Source: Oopsacas minuta
Taxonomy: Eukaryota; Animalia; Porifera
Length of the DNA: 64,000 nucleotides
Assembly: GCA_024704765.1 (NCBI GenBank)
Contig: JAKMXF010000222.1
Span: 1,301,424 to 1,365,423, forward strand
Direction: 5' to 3'
Shown one piece after another: positions 1-14,129 of the stretch. The notes under the pieces are model-generated. The model made no database searches and had not been told where the DNA came from. It saw only the letters and a list, made by a program, of their open reading frames with translations. Position 1 is the first letter of the stretch; each line of letters starts with the position of its first letter. Position numbers and translations under genes: made by a program.

Positions 1-352
1 AAGCCAGGTATATATCTTGCCCTGGATTGGAATGGTTCTGTAATTTGTGATATAATCCAAATATACCTTCTGGAATTCCGTAGCATATAATTATTGTGTC
101 ATCTTAAATATCCTTTACATGCTTTCGTATAATTTTCCAGATTCTGTCATATAAAGTAGAATGTAGACAAGGTTAGAATAGTAGGGCAATTTCCGATTGA
201 GTAGTTTTGTAACTACGAAATACTGTAGTATATTCCCCTACATACATACCGCTACCTGCATATGAGGTAATATCAGCCTTGTTATTGATGCCATCCATCA
301 TGTTGCATGCTGCGTCTATTTTATCCTATTTAATCTTCATAAGCTCGAGTTA

Positions 353-3300
353 ATGTATAAGAAGAAGTATATAAGAGGACAAACTAAACCCAAGCGTTCT
401 TTTCAGAAAGCTTCCCATCTCCGTAAGAGTCGTTGGGCGAAAGAGCGTGCTGCTATTGATAAAGTACAACAATCTATACAGGAGCTTAAACCTCAGAGTA
501 TAACTTCTTTCCGTCAAATCCCTCTCTCCTCTTTGACTCAGGAGGGACTGACTTCTTCGGGATTCTCAGCTCCCACCGACATCCAGAGAGAAACATTACC
601 GATTGCGCTTAGGAGTGGAGATATACTGGGCACTGCAAAAACTGGTTATTATTATATTTGATTATTCATAACGTTATATTATTTCTTATTATATTATCTT
701 ATTAGGATCTGGAAAGACATTAGCATTCGTTATACCAGTATTAGAGTGTTTATGGAGAGAACAATGGGGGGCAGTAGATGGTGTAGGAGGTATTGTAATA
801 TCTCCTACCAGAGAATTAGCATTCCAAACTTTTGAGGTTAGTTTATTCCGATTAGGTATGTAGTGTTTTAATATTAATCAAACAGAAATTAATTGATTGA
901 TATACAGTCAAATCAGCTCTGTATAAGAGTCACCTGCACATAGCGCGCATATATAGCGATCACATAAAAGCAGTCCCCTAGATTTCCTTCATAATGATCT
1001 AGGCCTCTCAATAGCTGCCACCTGTACATAACGACCACTTTTCCCTCGGCGACCGTTCAAGTTTGATTGTAATTTTTATATGAATTTAGATTGTCTTGAG
1101 TGTACCGAACAAACCATACAAAATGAATAGAATAATGTATGGTGGAAGTTGCATATAATAACGTTAATCGTGTATGACTGACATCAGAGTATCTGGTGAA
1201 GAAAGTCACTCGAAAGAGTTCAGATCACTGATTTCCGCTCCTGTATTCTATTTTAAACTTCATTTGTGTTATCTCGCTCGGCTACACTCAGTAAATGTTA
1301 CATAACATGAATCTATTTTTGGGAATAAGGAATATTATAATACTTAGTCTTGAACATTCTCTGACACACGTATTTTGCTGCTATTCAAAATTTCGAATTA
1401 TATCATGTATTTAGGTTCTCCGTAAGGTTGGAGTCAAGCACGAACTATCAGCTGGACTAATTATTGGTGGTAAAAACATTTCTGAAGAACAGGATCGTAT
1501 ATGTGCAACTAATATACTAATATGTACTCCGGGGAGACTGCTACAACATATGGATGAAACTCCTGCCTTTGATTGTAGTAATCTTAAGGTTAGTCCGGGG
1601 TTAGTGTGGTAATACTATATGGGTATACTATGAGTGTTTAGGGACTACAGTGGGGTATATGGTCACACGGCCCCAGAAATAAGCGGATCAAGAACACTGC
1701 TAATATTTGCGTCTTCCTGCCATGTATATTCATGTCTGGATGAAAGAAAACCTTCCGTCTAGCTATTTTAAATTTGGCTGCAATTTATGCTTCTTTTCTC
1801 CTGTAATATTACCCTGAAACAATAAATTATTGATGTTAGGAATACGAATAGGAATACGAATATAGAAGAAAATTGATGCATTTTATCTACAATAAATTGA
1901 GATTTCAACTAGACAAAATGTAAATTTCAAATTGATGAATAATTTTTATGAATAATACGTAACTAACTTATGTAAATAGTACAAACACAAAGATTGACTT
2001 AAATATATCAAAGCCTTTCAAATTATAACTGAGTGGTAAGGTTATTTAATTTATTTCACAATTTTAATTCAACTGTTATATTATAAATGAATAGGTGAAA
2101 CTATTTCATTAATTGAGTTGGCCTAATTATAATTATTCTATTCTCTATTTTATTCATTAAATCTTATTAATACTAATATTCCATTATTATTAATTATGTA
2201 AATATTTCATTTCAGATACTCGTGTTAGATGAAGCTGACAGAATATTGGATCTAGGATTCAAAGACACTCTTGACTCGATACTCGAGAATCTCCCTGCTT
2301 CCAGACAGACCCTCCTATTTTCCGCTACGTTTAACAAATCAGTTCATAATCTAGCTCGTCTCAGTCTAAATAACCCAGATTATGTGTCAGTCCATGCAGC
2401 AGACCTTCAGGCTACTCCTTCTAATCTTACACAGAGCTATGTTATCTGTTCTCTTGAGCATAAACTCGATTTGTTGTTCTCTTTTATAAAAGCTCATCTT
2501 AAAAGTAAAGTGCTAGTTTTCATATCAACATGCAAGCAAGTGAGCTTTATAGTTCAGATTCTTACTAGTATAGTGGTATAATAATAATATAGTGATTTCC
2601 ATTAACGGAAATAAATACTCTCTCTTGTTAGGTGAGATTCGTGTATGAGACTTTCAGACGGATGAGACCAGGGATACCCCTGCTAGCTCTGTTCGGTAGG
2701 ATGAATCAGACCCGTAGAATGTGTGTGTATCAGAGCTTCTTCCAGCGGGATTCTGCTATCCTATTCGCTACTGACATTGCAGCACGAGGACTAGACTTCC
2801 CAAAAGTTAACTGGGTGTTCCAATTAGATTGTCCCCCGAATACGGACGAGTATATTCATCGAGTAGGCCGTACTGCCCGCTACCACTCTGGAGGACAGGC
2901 ACTACTAGTCCTATTGCCTTCTGAGAATAAATTCATAGAGTTATTAGAAAATAATCGTTTATCCCTGACTCAAATAAAACCAAATCGAGCTCACTTATTC
3001 TCTATCTCTGAGAGATTGTCATACTTCTGTGCAGAAGATAGCTCTATTAAGTATTGGGCACAACGAGCATACGTTAATTATATAAAATCAGTAGCAAAAG
3101 AGAGTAACAAACAGGTGTTTGATATAACTCAAATTCCACTGGAGAAGTTCTCTCATGCTATTGGTTTGCCTATAACTCCTAGAGTTAGATATCTGAATAA
3201 GGTTATCAGCACCAAACAGGAATCTAACATACAAGTAAATGAGGATAGAGAGGAATCTGTTTCTGATGAAACAGCTGTTCCTCAGGTACTGTTGCATATC

Positions 3301-3828
3301 AAACGAAAACTGTCTGAAGTATTTGATGATAGTGAAGAATTAGATTTAGCATTAGTACCAAAGAAAAGGAAAGTGACTTCTCAAATAGCAATTAGTAAAA
3401 AACTTTTGAAGAAGAATATTAGACTAAATTCTAAGCTAGTGTTTGATGAGGAAGGTAACGTATTAGAAGCTATTAAGTATGGTAAGAAGATTGATGCTAG
3501 TGAGCTGATAGGCAGTAAAGATAAGAAAAAGAAATTTAAACCTGGGCTTGATCTGTCCGAAGCTAGACAGAGTCTAGACGATCAGCTGGAGGGAGACAAA
3601 GAAAGAGATCATGAGAGAGTTACTGCTAAGCATAGAATGATTAAACAGAAACTAAAGAAGTCCAAAGTGAGAAAGTTGTCACCAGGAATAGAGGCTAGAT
3701 TAAGAGATAGTGATTATTCCCAATCAGATACTGAGTCTACACCTGCACGTGATGAGTCAAATGAAGTTACAGTAGATTTGACAGATATTGAGGATACGAT
3801 ATTAGCAACGATTGGTCATACACCATAG
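353..3828 (+). CDS. DDX10: DEAD-box RNA helicase DDX10/DBP4; exons 353-644, 706-836, 1415-1588, 2216-2539, 2632-3828 (~705 aa)
   Basis: GT-AG junctions restore the frame and the motifs AKTG|[41 protein letters not shown] and [10 protein letters not shown]; basic/acidic C-terminal tail. Confidence 0.95.
905..1069. mobile_element. Tc1/pogo(Tigger)-like MITE in DDX10 intron 2
   Basis: Ends cagtcaaa...tttgattg flanked by TA on both sides; related sequence near 4020-4170. Confidence 0.55.
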
Positions 3829-4424
3829 CTTTTGGTTAGTTCTTTTAATTATACTATATCAATATAATTATTGTGTCTATTTCTGAAGATACATCCACAG
3901 GTGTACTGTTGAAACTAATGAACTTCACAGCTCTATAGCTCAGTGTTTCTCATCTTTTTAGCCTGGGCCCCATAATTGTACACATATCTAAAAACAGTCC
4001 CCTCCGATTTCCCATTAAAATGACCTCTGTATAACGGCCACCTGCTCAACGCGGGCAGCGGCCACCAATTTTGGTCCCTTGCTGACTACAAACATGTCTA
4101 TAACGACCACTACCTTTATCTAATGGCCAATCCCTTTATCTAAAGGTCACTTTACAAGGTGGTCGCCTCCTATAAGTTTACTTTGACAAGTCCATTGGGT
4201 AGCCATCATTACTTGCACTATATTATCTTTAATATCGATCACTTGTCTTAAAAGTCAACTTCTCTATATCACCACCATTAACATAAAGTTACTACTCACA
4301 CTAGACAAAACTACAAAAACCTTGAACCATTAAGGTTTTGGCAAGTTTTGGTGTGACATTAGTCTCATTAGCCCTCAACACATGTTCGAAAAAGCGGGAC
4401 GTCTTATGTTATTATCTAATCTAT

Positions 4425-4836
4425 ATTATTAAATCTCAATTGTTGTCTGTTTGTTTGTTCGTTGTCAAGGAAAGGATTTACGGTATGCAATTTTTGAAAT
4501 TGTCGCATAACTATGTATTTATCGTGTTTATCAAGGAAGTAAATAAAATTCAATAAAACTTCACCAAAATATATCGAACATGCTGAATCCGATGTTCTCA
4601 CTTTTAGATTAATCATATGTAAATGTATTGTTTTTTTTATGAATATAAAGTAAACAAATTTCAATGTTGTTGTAGAATCATACTTTCAACGACTATCCTG
4701 CGGTAATCGAGTATGCTGAGTCTGAATATTGTAAACAACATCAATATTATTAAATTTCAATTGTTGTTTGTCCGTTGAACACCTCGAGGAGCAATTCGCT
4801 GAGTTCATCGCGAAGCGACGAGCCAAATGCTCGTTA
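4425..4836 (+). mobile_element. Non-autonomous Helitron/HINE(DINE-1)-like repeat, family A copy 1
   Basis: aaatctcaattgttg + (GTYT/GTCY)n microsatellite, repeated internally; 3' hairpin ACGAGC-caaat-GCTCGT; near-identical copies elsewhere in the window. Confidence 0.7.
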
Positions 4837-5527
4837 TTTATAATAATTGAATTATTGAATGGCGGAGGTGGTCACGGAAGCATCTATGCAGGTATAAACA
4901 CTAATTCAGTGTGTAAGGTAGATACCCCCTCCAACCAACGTAGGAGTTCCTCAAAATGACCTGGAATAACATCCAAGTAGGTATGGTCACTAATTCAGAG
5001 TAAATCCCCACTACAAACCTAGCCAGTAGTGCTAAAATACCTGGAACAACGACGAATATCTCCGAGACCAATTTTATCGTGTAAATTCTTCAACGACCAT
5101 CTTTCCGTCAACGGGAATTAATACGTGTAGATATCGCGATTGATTCTATTATAATATCTAAATATCGATCATTTCAAAAATTTCTGGGCCTACTTTGAGA
5201 AACACTGCTCTATAGCTCATAAGTTAGAACAATTATATGTCGATTATGGTTTCTAAGGGATAACTATGGCATAGGACCTCAAACCACATCCCAACCAATA
5301 CTTCGAGAAATGAAAAGCACCGAATAACAACCACTTTGTAGGTACTCCGCGTCGTGAAGCAATTTTGCAAGCGAAACGCGCTGGTATTTCTAATTATACT
5401 AGTAGTCTAGTACGTGTAGTTATTTGTAGAGGAGAACTATATGAATTAGTTTAAATTATAAGAATAATATCTTAGAAGACATTTTATCACAAACAATGAT
5501 ACAATAATCTAATAAACAAAATGATAA

Positions 5528-5743
5528 TTAAGTTTTAGGTTTCTTATCAAACTCTTCATCCAAGAAATTTTCTTGCCGAACAGCCATAATGCTATAAGCG
5601 TATATCCCAGCTATACACCCGAATATTACTATTCCCAGTATTGCATTGCGTCTACGGTAAGGTCTGATAAGCTTGTATCTAACCATCTTCTGGTATTCCA
5701 TTTTGTTGCGAGATGGGTTCTGTTTGAATGTTATTCTGTTCAT
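5528..5743 (-). CDS. COA3: Cytochrome c oxidase assembly factor 3 (CCDC56), 71 aa
   Basis: RRRN + single TM (AILGIVIFGCIAGIYAYSIMAV) + RQENFLDEEF, matching the Coa3 pattern YxxxxxxQExFLDE. Confidence 0.85.
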   Translation of the reverse strand: MNRITFKQNPSRNKMEYQKMVRYKLIRPYRRRNAILGIVIFGCIAGIYAYSIMAVRQENFLDEEFDKKPKT

Positions 5744-6091
5744 TCTCTAATTAGATTAATATTAGCCAGATTAATGTGTAGTATTAGGTTGGTTGAATAA
5801 GCAGGAATTATGTTTTATGGTATGTTATAAATAACTCGTAAAATATATACGTAGCAAGGGCTGAGGAGACAGTTTGATAAACCTAGTCATGCCGTGTGGC
5901 TGCCTATTAGTTTGAATAGGTGAAGAGAAAAGTCTGACGTTTCCGTAGGCATTGCCCATGTATATGTAGGACTGTTTCATGCTTATTTAACATCTTAGTA
6001 TTCCACTATACTAGTCTACTAATTATATCACCTCATGCATTATCAAGCTCAATTTCACTAGCTCCTAATAATCTTATTTAGTATAATTAGC

Positions 6092-9000
6092 ATGTCTCTT
6101 CTGCCTAGTGATGTCCCTATAAATGACAGACTTCGTCTAATCTCCAAACACGTGAAAGAAGCTCTTGAACTAGACGGAGCGGATCGTCCTATAGAAGCCT
6201 ACATAAAGTATCTCTCATGCATGCAATCCATTGTACAGACGTTATTAGATGACGCATTGGGTAGAGAGTCTTGGGTGATTAAAGCCAAGGCACGAGAATC
6301 CTACTTCAGAGTTTTAGGTGAGACTCTTACCAGAGCTTCAGCGAATGTAGATCTCGCTTACAAGAAGAAAGCTATGATGAATCACACTATCCCTGATGTA
6401 TCTACACCATCAATAGCAAGTTCGGGTTCCTTCCCTCCCCCTCTTAACCTAAAACCATCCACAGATACTCCTATTATCCCTAGTGATAAGATTAGGAAGA
6501 ATTGTTTCCTAACGAATACTTTTAGTAAACACCAACCTGTTCACAAGAGTCGTAGTATTAATTCTGTTCATGGACTGGTGAGTTATAATGTAACATATAG
6601 TATAATGCAGCTCCTATAGCTATAGGGAGATGCCCTAATAGCATGGGCGATATGCGACTTACGTCGGTCCGTCCCTCCATCCGGGGGCCATGCGAAATCT
6701 AGCAGTCCGATTAACTTTAAAAATTGTATAAATGTAGTCATGCATATTTTGGATCGGAGATTTGCACCTTGAGTATGAATTTTCTTAAGGAAAAACATAC
6801 TTGAGATTAGGCCTCAACATGTTGTCAGGGGTAATTGGACACACCAATTTTAAGTTTTCAGAAAATCACACCTTTTGCACAAACGTATTTCAAAATAATA
6901 CTACAAACGGCAGTTATAGCATCATTTCAGTTGTGAGGGAAACATGGATAGAATATTTCCACGAGCTACACTCCCAGTCTGTCGGCTGAACTTTTTTATT
7001 ATTCATATAGTTTTTAGAGTGAAGTAGACACGAGGAACAGATATCTACAACAGTTACACACATCTCTATCTCGTGACAATCCAAATACCAGCACAAAGAT
7101 ATCAATTAATCTACAAATGGCACGTAGGATGGAGGAGAATAAAGACCTCTCTGATAAGAGAGCTAAGATCCTACATGAGCAGAGAGAAAGACTGAAGGAA
7201 GAGACTAAAGCTCAGGAAATCTACCACATGTCAGTACACCAGGTAACTCTTAAACAGAGAGTAGAAACATTCTCAAGGAGGAACAGATGGATTGTGTCTA
7301 CTCAGGTGAGAATGCTATATAATATATGAAATTATATTTAGTATAGAATAATTAGATATCTACTTGGGCCTATTAAGGCTATCATACATAAATCTGTCTT
7401 CTGTATTTTGTACAGCTCCTGTGAGATGTCCTATCCCGCTTGCACATAGGCGATGTCTGACGTCGGTCGGCTTGATCCTGCGACATATGACATTACATCA
7501 ATTATTGATATACAGTTAACATCCGGTAACTCGAACCCTCGGGGATTTTTCCCACATTTCTTACTGTTTTTGAAAATTTCATTGGATCAGTGTTAAAAAT
7601 GCTCCTCAATGTTTCCCACATGTTTCACCACCTCTTAGATTTTGTTCTGGGTGTTTTAAAACATAATTCTATTGCTTAATGGATCAAACTACTTTATCCC
7701 ATCGGTACTTAAGTAAATTTATCCGTAGCCGGTACTATAGAATATTGGTCTTGGTTTGTGGTTGTTTTGACTAGAAATCTCTATTCTTGTTATTAGTAAT
7801 TGAGTATTGAGTTTTGGTATATTTTCCAACCAGCAACCCCCACCATTTATCTTAGTAGCCTATCTCAAGAATCAAATTGAAGCCAATATTTTGCCTCAAG
7901 GGCCAACTTTCAACACTAATATTATCCTATCTTTTAGAGGCATTTCCGTTCTTCATGTCATGATCCTGAGAAAGATAAATATGCTAAAGAATTATCTTCT
8001 GGAGTTTTGAGGTTAACTGGTCATCCTATCTGTCAAATCCTCAACCAATACCAGATGGAAGTATTCTCAATGATCAGCTCTACTTATCAGAAGTTACATC
8101 AAGCTGGAGACTTCCCTGCTCTAAATCTAACCTGTAACCTAAGTGATCCTGTTTCTGATGGTCATTGCGATTTAACTGAGTCTTTGTCTTGCAGTACTAG
8201 TGCTGAATCAATGATTACTTGTAGTGATGAGCAAGTATCACTTAGAGGGAGAATCAGCTACGGGAATCTAGGTAAATAGTGAAGATAGCTGTTAATTAAC
8301 ATACGTGTACTGAAGACTATTAAAAGCTATATTCAAATTTCTAACAGGAGTTATGTCTTAATAATGATTTGATTAAGCATCAATTACACAATACAGTACA
8401 CTACCGTTATCGAACACTGATTTATCGACCCTCAAATTATACAAAATATCGTCCCAACCGTCCTTAAGTTGTATAAATCGGTTATATCGAACTCCACTTA
8501 TATCGGAATAATTTCTAGAGTTCTCATTATAATATTTGATTTTAATATCTACAGCAATACATATCAATATGTTCCATTGTAATGATAGCATTTATATTCT
8601 AATTGTATTGTGTAGCTTGTATAAGAGAGATACAGTCAGAAGTGACAGGGAGAGTTCTTAAGAAGGTCAGTGAACAAATCCTCTCAAAGATAGACTTCCT
8701 AGAATTCAGTTTGTTAGAGTGTTATTTGGATTTAGAGCCGTATAAGATAATCTGCAGAGAGTCAGTAGAACAAGTTTTCCTTCACGCCTTATGGGTCCCT
8801 CTCCTCTCTCTATTCCGCTGTAAGAATCTAGACCAGGAGCTTGCCCTATCTCAACACATGATTAGTAGACTTGATGACCCTCCATCTGCTTTTGAGGTAC
8901 CACAACATCTCTGTTTGTGGGATGATGTTACAAACTTTCATAATATTCCCTACTCAGCAGCTATCAACAAACTCAAACTATTAACTGAGCAGTACAACTT

Positions 9001-9301
9001 GTCTGAGAAAATATCCAGTCTCAACGAATCATCTCGACTCATCATATCTTGTATTGATGACTATCAGAAACAGAAACAGATTAAAGATTCCTCCTCCAAT
9101 GTAGGTACTGATGATCTACTTCCTATCGTATGTTTTATAGTACTGAGGTCATGTACTCCTCAATTGCTGTCAGAATGTGAGATGATTGGATCTCTTCTCC
9201 CTGAAAATGCTCTCTTCGGAGAGACAGGATTCTGTCTCAGTACAGTGCAAACAGCCCTGAACTATCTTGTAGTCAGGCAGACGAATGGAGTTGAAAATTA
9301 A
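6092..9301 (+). CDS. VPS9D1: VPS9 domain-containing protein 1 (MIT-like N-terminus, VPS9 Rab-GEF domain); exons 6092-6577, 7018-7305, 7938-8271, 8616-9301 (~597 aa)
   Basis: In-frame GT-AG joins; N-terminal EALELD..EAYIKYL; SINLQMARRMEEN segment; VPS9 core GTDDLLPIV and GETGFCLSTVQTAL. Confidence 0.85.
6607..6834 (+). mobile_element. Interspersed repeat family B (HINE/Helentron-like) in VPS9D1 intron 1; partial copy ~7414-7500
   Basis: Terminal hairpin ctcctatag-c-tatagggag, cgtc(g)gtcc microsatellite-like core, ends caacatgttgtcagggg; shares long blocks with 17397-17630. Confidence 0.6.
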
Positions 9302-11297
9302 GCAAATTTGTTCAATTCTTTCTAATATTTAGTTCAATATATTTATTTTCATCTATTAGCAAATATTCAACTATACAAGTGCTTTTTTGTCGCCCAGTGA
9401 ATGTTTGGCTGAACAATGACATTCTGAATGCTAGCTGTTATGCGTCTATATTTATAAATTTGTTCAATATTTGTATACATTTGACTTGTGCATTAAGACT
9501 GTTTATCTCATGTTTATATATTATTTCATTCATGATTGGTTTTACCCATACATATATACACTCCGCTATGGTATCAGTGCTGATAAGCGCCATATATTTT
9601 ACGCATGTATTTCATATTTGATTCATTTTGAAAATTTGAATTTACATTCTACTCTACAAAATACTAAATGTATATGATTATCACTATTAAATCGTTTATG
9701 TTACACTTTAACTTCCACACATAGAGAAGCTAGGTAGCCTTAGGACAATGTAATATGTAATATATGGATTGATTCTCGCTAATTTGTAAAGGATCAATTT
9801 CAAGAAAATATCTATCATCAATGAATTCGTATGGTTTATTCGTTTGTAGACTAGTGTGTATATTTCACTGTACAAGATGATAATTCTTATGTAGAATTAC
9901 AAGGCAAGAATTAAATACCTTGATATCATGCTTCTACAAATTTCTGTTGGTTGAATGAAATTCATTTAAATTTTTGCTTATTAATTCAAATTCCGTTGCT
10001 TTTTTCTTTGATACAATGCAAGGACATTCTAGAAAATGTGATCTGCTCACCGCTATCAATTTTTGATTATTTGCTGTACAATTTGTTCTATATTTAGGCA
10101 TCATAGGTTTCCAACTGTTATTGCTCATTAGAGGACGGAGAATAATATATATCTAGTACCCTCACGTGGTTATTAAACTTGGTAATTAATTCCACAATTC
10201 TATACAAATCGTGAGTCATGTGTATTTTAGTTGCGAACCTTATGGCAATTGAGATTTAGGTTCATTCAACCATAAATTATGTGATGACTGTTAGTTCCCT
10301 TCCTCTTACATATTAATTCTATTCAATTGAGGTTTTTAGACTCTCTTAGGGATTCTTGCCTTTGGGACCTAAAGCAATGATAGCTACAAAATGTATATTT
10401 TTGATATTATTTGTAAATTCATAGCTTTGGCCATAGGTAAATGACCTGTTCATGTTTTATCATTATTATTATCATCATCACGTTACACAACAACTGTAAG
10501 AGTGGTGTTGCATAAATTGACGAACTTTTGCTCCCCTTACTATTCTTCTTTTCAATTGCTTATTGATATTGAAATTCTCATCACTATAGAAATGTTATTA
10601 CAAATATTATTTAGAGTCTTATTCATACAACAAATGTAGCAAACCCTTTCGTGACGTAAATCATGGTGTCCGTAAGGAAACAGTGCTGAGTCGGATCAGT
10701 GGGGCACAGGTTATTAAACGTTGGCATACTTACATTGATAAGGTGGGGCACGGTCCCCACCCTCGCGTCACCTCTGTTTCGGATTAGTGAGGGTGTACTG
10801 TGTAATGGCCTTTGGCCTCCACAAATGATTGTCATTAAATCCAATAATTGCTGTAATTCATGTGTGCATCTAAATTTCTAACTATTTTAGATGTAAATCA
10901 AGCAATGACACCGTGTTTTTATATTAAAATCATTTGTACCGAATATTTATACAGTACGTATTGATAGACATTAGCAACAAATTCTAGAAAACTTTCGGAT
11001 CTCTAATTTTGATAAACAATTATTTAAATTTGAATGTAATGCTTTATGAGAGCCTAAATCAATTGAAGGATATCTTGAGTTCTATAGAACTTGCGAAATA
11101 ATCTCAATGAATTCCGCATTTCTGAATTTCCTAGAAGTTCAATAGGCAAATTTAATTCGTATTTGTTGTTTTCGATTGAAATTTGATAAAACGGCCTAAA
11201 ATATATCACCTAACAAATACCAAACTACCAGAATTCGTGAATTACGATTTCGTGCCTGAATCCAGCCCTGCCCATTGAATATCGATGTAGAACTAAT

Positions 11298-11702
11298 AAA
11301 ATCTCAATTGTTGTTTGTCTGTTTGTCCGTTGTCAAGGAAAGATTTACGGTATGCAATTTTGAAATTGTCACACAACTATTGTTTTAATCGTGTTTATCA
11401 AGGAAGTAAATATAATTCAATAAAACTTCAATAAACATATCGAACATGCTGAATCCCATTTTCACACTTTTGGATTAATCATATGTAAATTTATTGTTGT
11501 TTTTATGAATATAAAGTGAACAAATTTCAAAATTGAGGTAGAATCATACTTTCAACGACAATACTAGTATAATCGGGTATGCTGAGTTTGAATATTGTAA
11601 ACAACATCAATATTATTAAATAACAATTGTTGGTTGTCTGATGAATACCTCGAGGCGGAATGCGCCGAGTTCATCACGAAGCGACGAGCCAAAGGCTCGT
11701 AT
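11298..11702 (+). mobile_element. Helitron/HINE-like family A copy 2
   Basis: Colinear with 4425-4836; 3' hairpin ACGAGCC-aaa-GGCTCGT. Confidence 0.7.
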
Positions 11703-13027
11703 ATTTAAAGTTAATATTTACAAATTCTCAACAAAGTGAAAAAGTTGGTGCTGCCCACAGCATAAACTCTACCTGCCCACCATATTTCATACACGATACA
11801 AAATTGTTGCTTGACAAGGCAAAATACTCGATACAACATTGTTGCAGGAAAATACGTAGAGGATGTTTCAGTTATCATAGAACTTGATACATACAACATT
11901 GTTTCATGGAGCCCTCGCCATACGCGGTGCAACAATGTTGGACGCAATTCTATTGAATGGAAAATATAACATCAGCACACAAATTTGTTGCATGCCTCAT
12001 AGTTTCATTGTGTATGTTGGACCATGGCCTACTTAATATACAGCTAGATATGTGCAGAATAGAAGAAGACCAGTTTTGTTATTCTCGTTTTGGACTTCTC
12101 GGAGACATATCTAGCAGTATACTAAGTAGGCCATGGTTGGGCTTGGTATGCAAACCCTCGTACTCAACCTTTATATGAAGCTTTTACATTGATTAGGGCC
12201 TTAGGGACCAACATTGAGCTTCTTGGGGTCTATGCTTCAGCTGCCGACTTCCAAATGTCCTACTTGCATATCTTCGAATCAGCTTGGCCTGGTATGCTTG
12301 GAATCCTTGGATATATCTAGTAATTGCATCTGTTCTATATTCTAATCTCTATAGTTAATTTGGGAGTATAAAATAGTACATGCAAACTCTAGCTATAACT
12401 ATTTTCAAGGTTGCAACAGAATAGTTCAATATTCGGTTCAACCGATTAATATTTGGCGAATACTTGATATTTGGGTAGCAACCGATATCATTACCCAAAA
12501 TTATAAGTATTCGTTGGGTTAACCGAATATTATCAGTGTTTGTTTCAGTCTTATTAGTTTTCACTTGTAAATTCCTATAACCAATCCCGTTACCATTGAC
12601 TTGAAATTGACTTGCAATAATCATTTTACAATTGAACTCAATCTCAAAAGTGACTTGTCATAGTTATCTAACATAATATTTAAATAGCCAGATTTAAATT
12701 CTTGTACGTGACAATATTATTAATATAATTTATGATCTGCTCATCAAATAAGCCACATTAAATAGAATTCATAAAGGTGGTACTCTTAATATATTCTTAA
12801 TATCTATATTTAGATTACCAAACTTGTTTCTACTGTAACTCATCTGTAAAATTACTTCCATGTGCTGTACAATTACATAGTACTTTTCACGCGCTCTAGT
12901 GAACTAGTTCGAGTGCCATACTAGCTCAACTATAAATACGAGACCTATGTAGGAATGCTAAATTCCACGCGCATACTATACAACCTCGTTACTCACTATC
13001 TCATTCACACTTATTTATACGAATAAA

Positions 13028-13957
13028 ATGGCACAAAGATATGAAAATAACGAACCTGAAGTAGGTGATTCCTGCTGGGACCGGGAGCAGTATGAACAGC
13101 TGGCATTCGGATTCATGGCTGCTAAAGCTGAGCGCCAGCGAGACCGCTGTACGAGTGAGTCTGAAAAACAGCTGCTAGATACTTTTCACACAGAGCTTAG
13201 CACTGTCAGACACGAAAGAGTTCCGTCCAATGACCTAGTAAGTGAAACTTCTGATACCGTATCCCCGTCATATCTAGATTCTGATCCTGGTGATAGTCCT
13301 CCTGCCGAGCGGGTAGGAGCTGTACTGGGTGAGCTGGGAGATGTGTTAGAGCATCACTCCAATGCTGTAGTGGTACCGACAGAACAGGATAGAACTCCTG
13401 TTGTTCCCTTCTTCCTGAATGGTCCTACTCAAGTGCCCTTCTCAGAGCTCAAAGAGAGGATAGACCAAGCTGTCAATCGTATTGCTCCCTCTCAGTCTAC
13501 AGCCTCAGGGAGCCCTGCCCTGCTGAGTGAGAGCACCCAAGAGCCTCCTGTTCCTCCCCTTCCTCCTCTGGAGAGCAGTACATTTAATAGCATTGCTCGT
13601 GAATTGATACAAGTAACAGAAGGGATGAGATTGCTTCCTGGACAGCTAGCAATTTGCCTATACTTCTGTTATCGGTTGGGAGTTAGACTGCTCTCTCAAC
13701 ATATCGCTAACCATCTGGGACTAGGAAACACACTGAGGAACCTAATGGAGACCTGTGTTCAGTTCCTGGTAGAACAACAACTACTGCATTATGTGCAACA
13801 ACGTGGCGGATGGGCTAGCTATATTGAACAGTGGATACAATCTGAGCCCAATGGACAGATACAACAATTTAGCATCAGCACAGCTATTGGGTATGTAGGA
13901 GTTGGAATAGCTATCGGATTTGCTTTGGGGTTTCTTGTCCGTTCCTTCAATTCTTAA
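13028..13957 (+). CDS. Bcl-2 family protein, BAK-like, intronless, 309 aa
   Basis: BH3 VGAVLGELGDVL, BH1-like FNSIARELI...LPGQLAICLYFCYRLG, BH2 HYVQQRGGW, C-terminal TM anchor IGYVGVGIAIGFALGFLV. Confidence 0.85.
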   Translation: MAQRYENNEPEVGDSCWDREQYEQLAFGFMAAKAERQRDRCTSESEKQLLDTFHTELSTVRHERVPSNDLVSETSDTVSPSYLDSDPGDSPPAERVGAVLGELGDVLEHHSNAVVVPTEQDRTPVVPFFLNGPTQVPFSELKERIDQAVNRIAPSQSTASGSPALLSESTQEPPVPPLPPLESSTFNSIARELIQVTEGMRLLPGQLAICLYFCYRLGVRLLSQHIANHLGLGNTLRNLMETCVQFLVEQQLLHYVQQRGGWASYIEQWIQSEPNGQIQQFSISTAIGYVGVGIAIGFALGFLVRSFNS

Positions 13958-14129
13958 TTAATTTCTTCAATTTCTTATACAATACAGTCTTCCTCATCTC
14001 TTACCTTTTCTTAAACTTCAGCGCTTATATTTACAGATTCAACTCTACTTTTCTCGACTTATTTTATCAGATACTGACCCTCTTATTCACTGATCTATTA
14101 ATGCATTGCATGTTCCCTTCCTCTCTCAT

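Noticed and set aside
1-340. A minus-strand gene divergent from DDX10
   Set aside because: Only short open stretches with stops in all frames and no recognisable motif; cannot be resolved at the window edge.
11950-12320. Coding-like decayed sequence (also 16950-17250 and 21430-21830)
   Set aside because: The composition looks like an old CDS or retroelement, but I could not identify any family motif.
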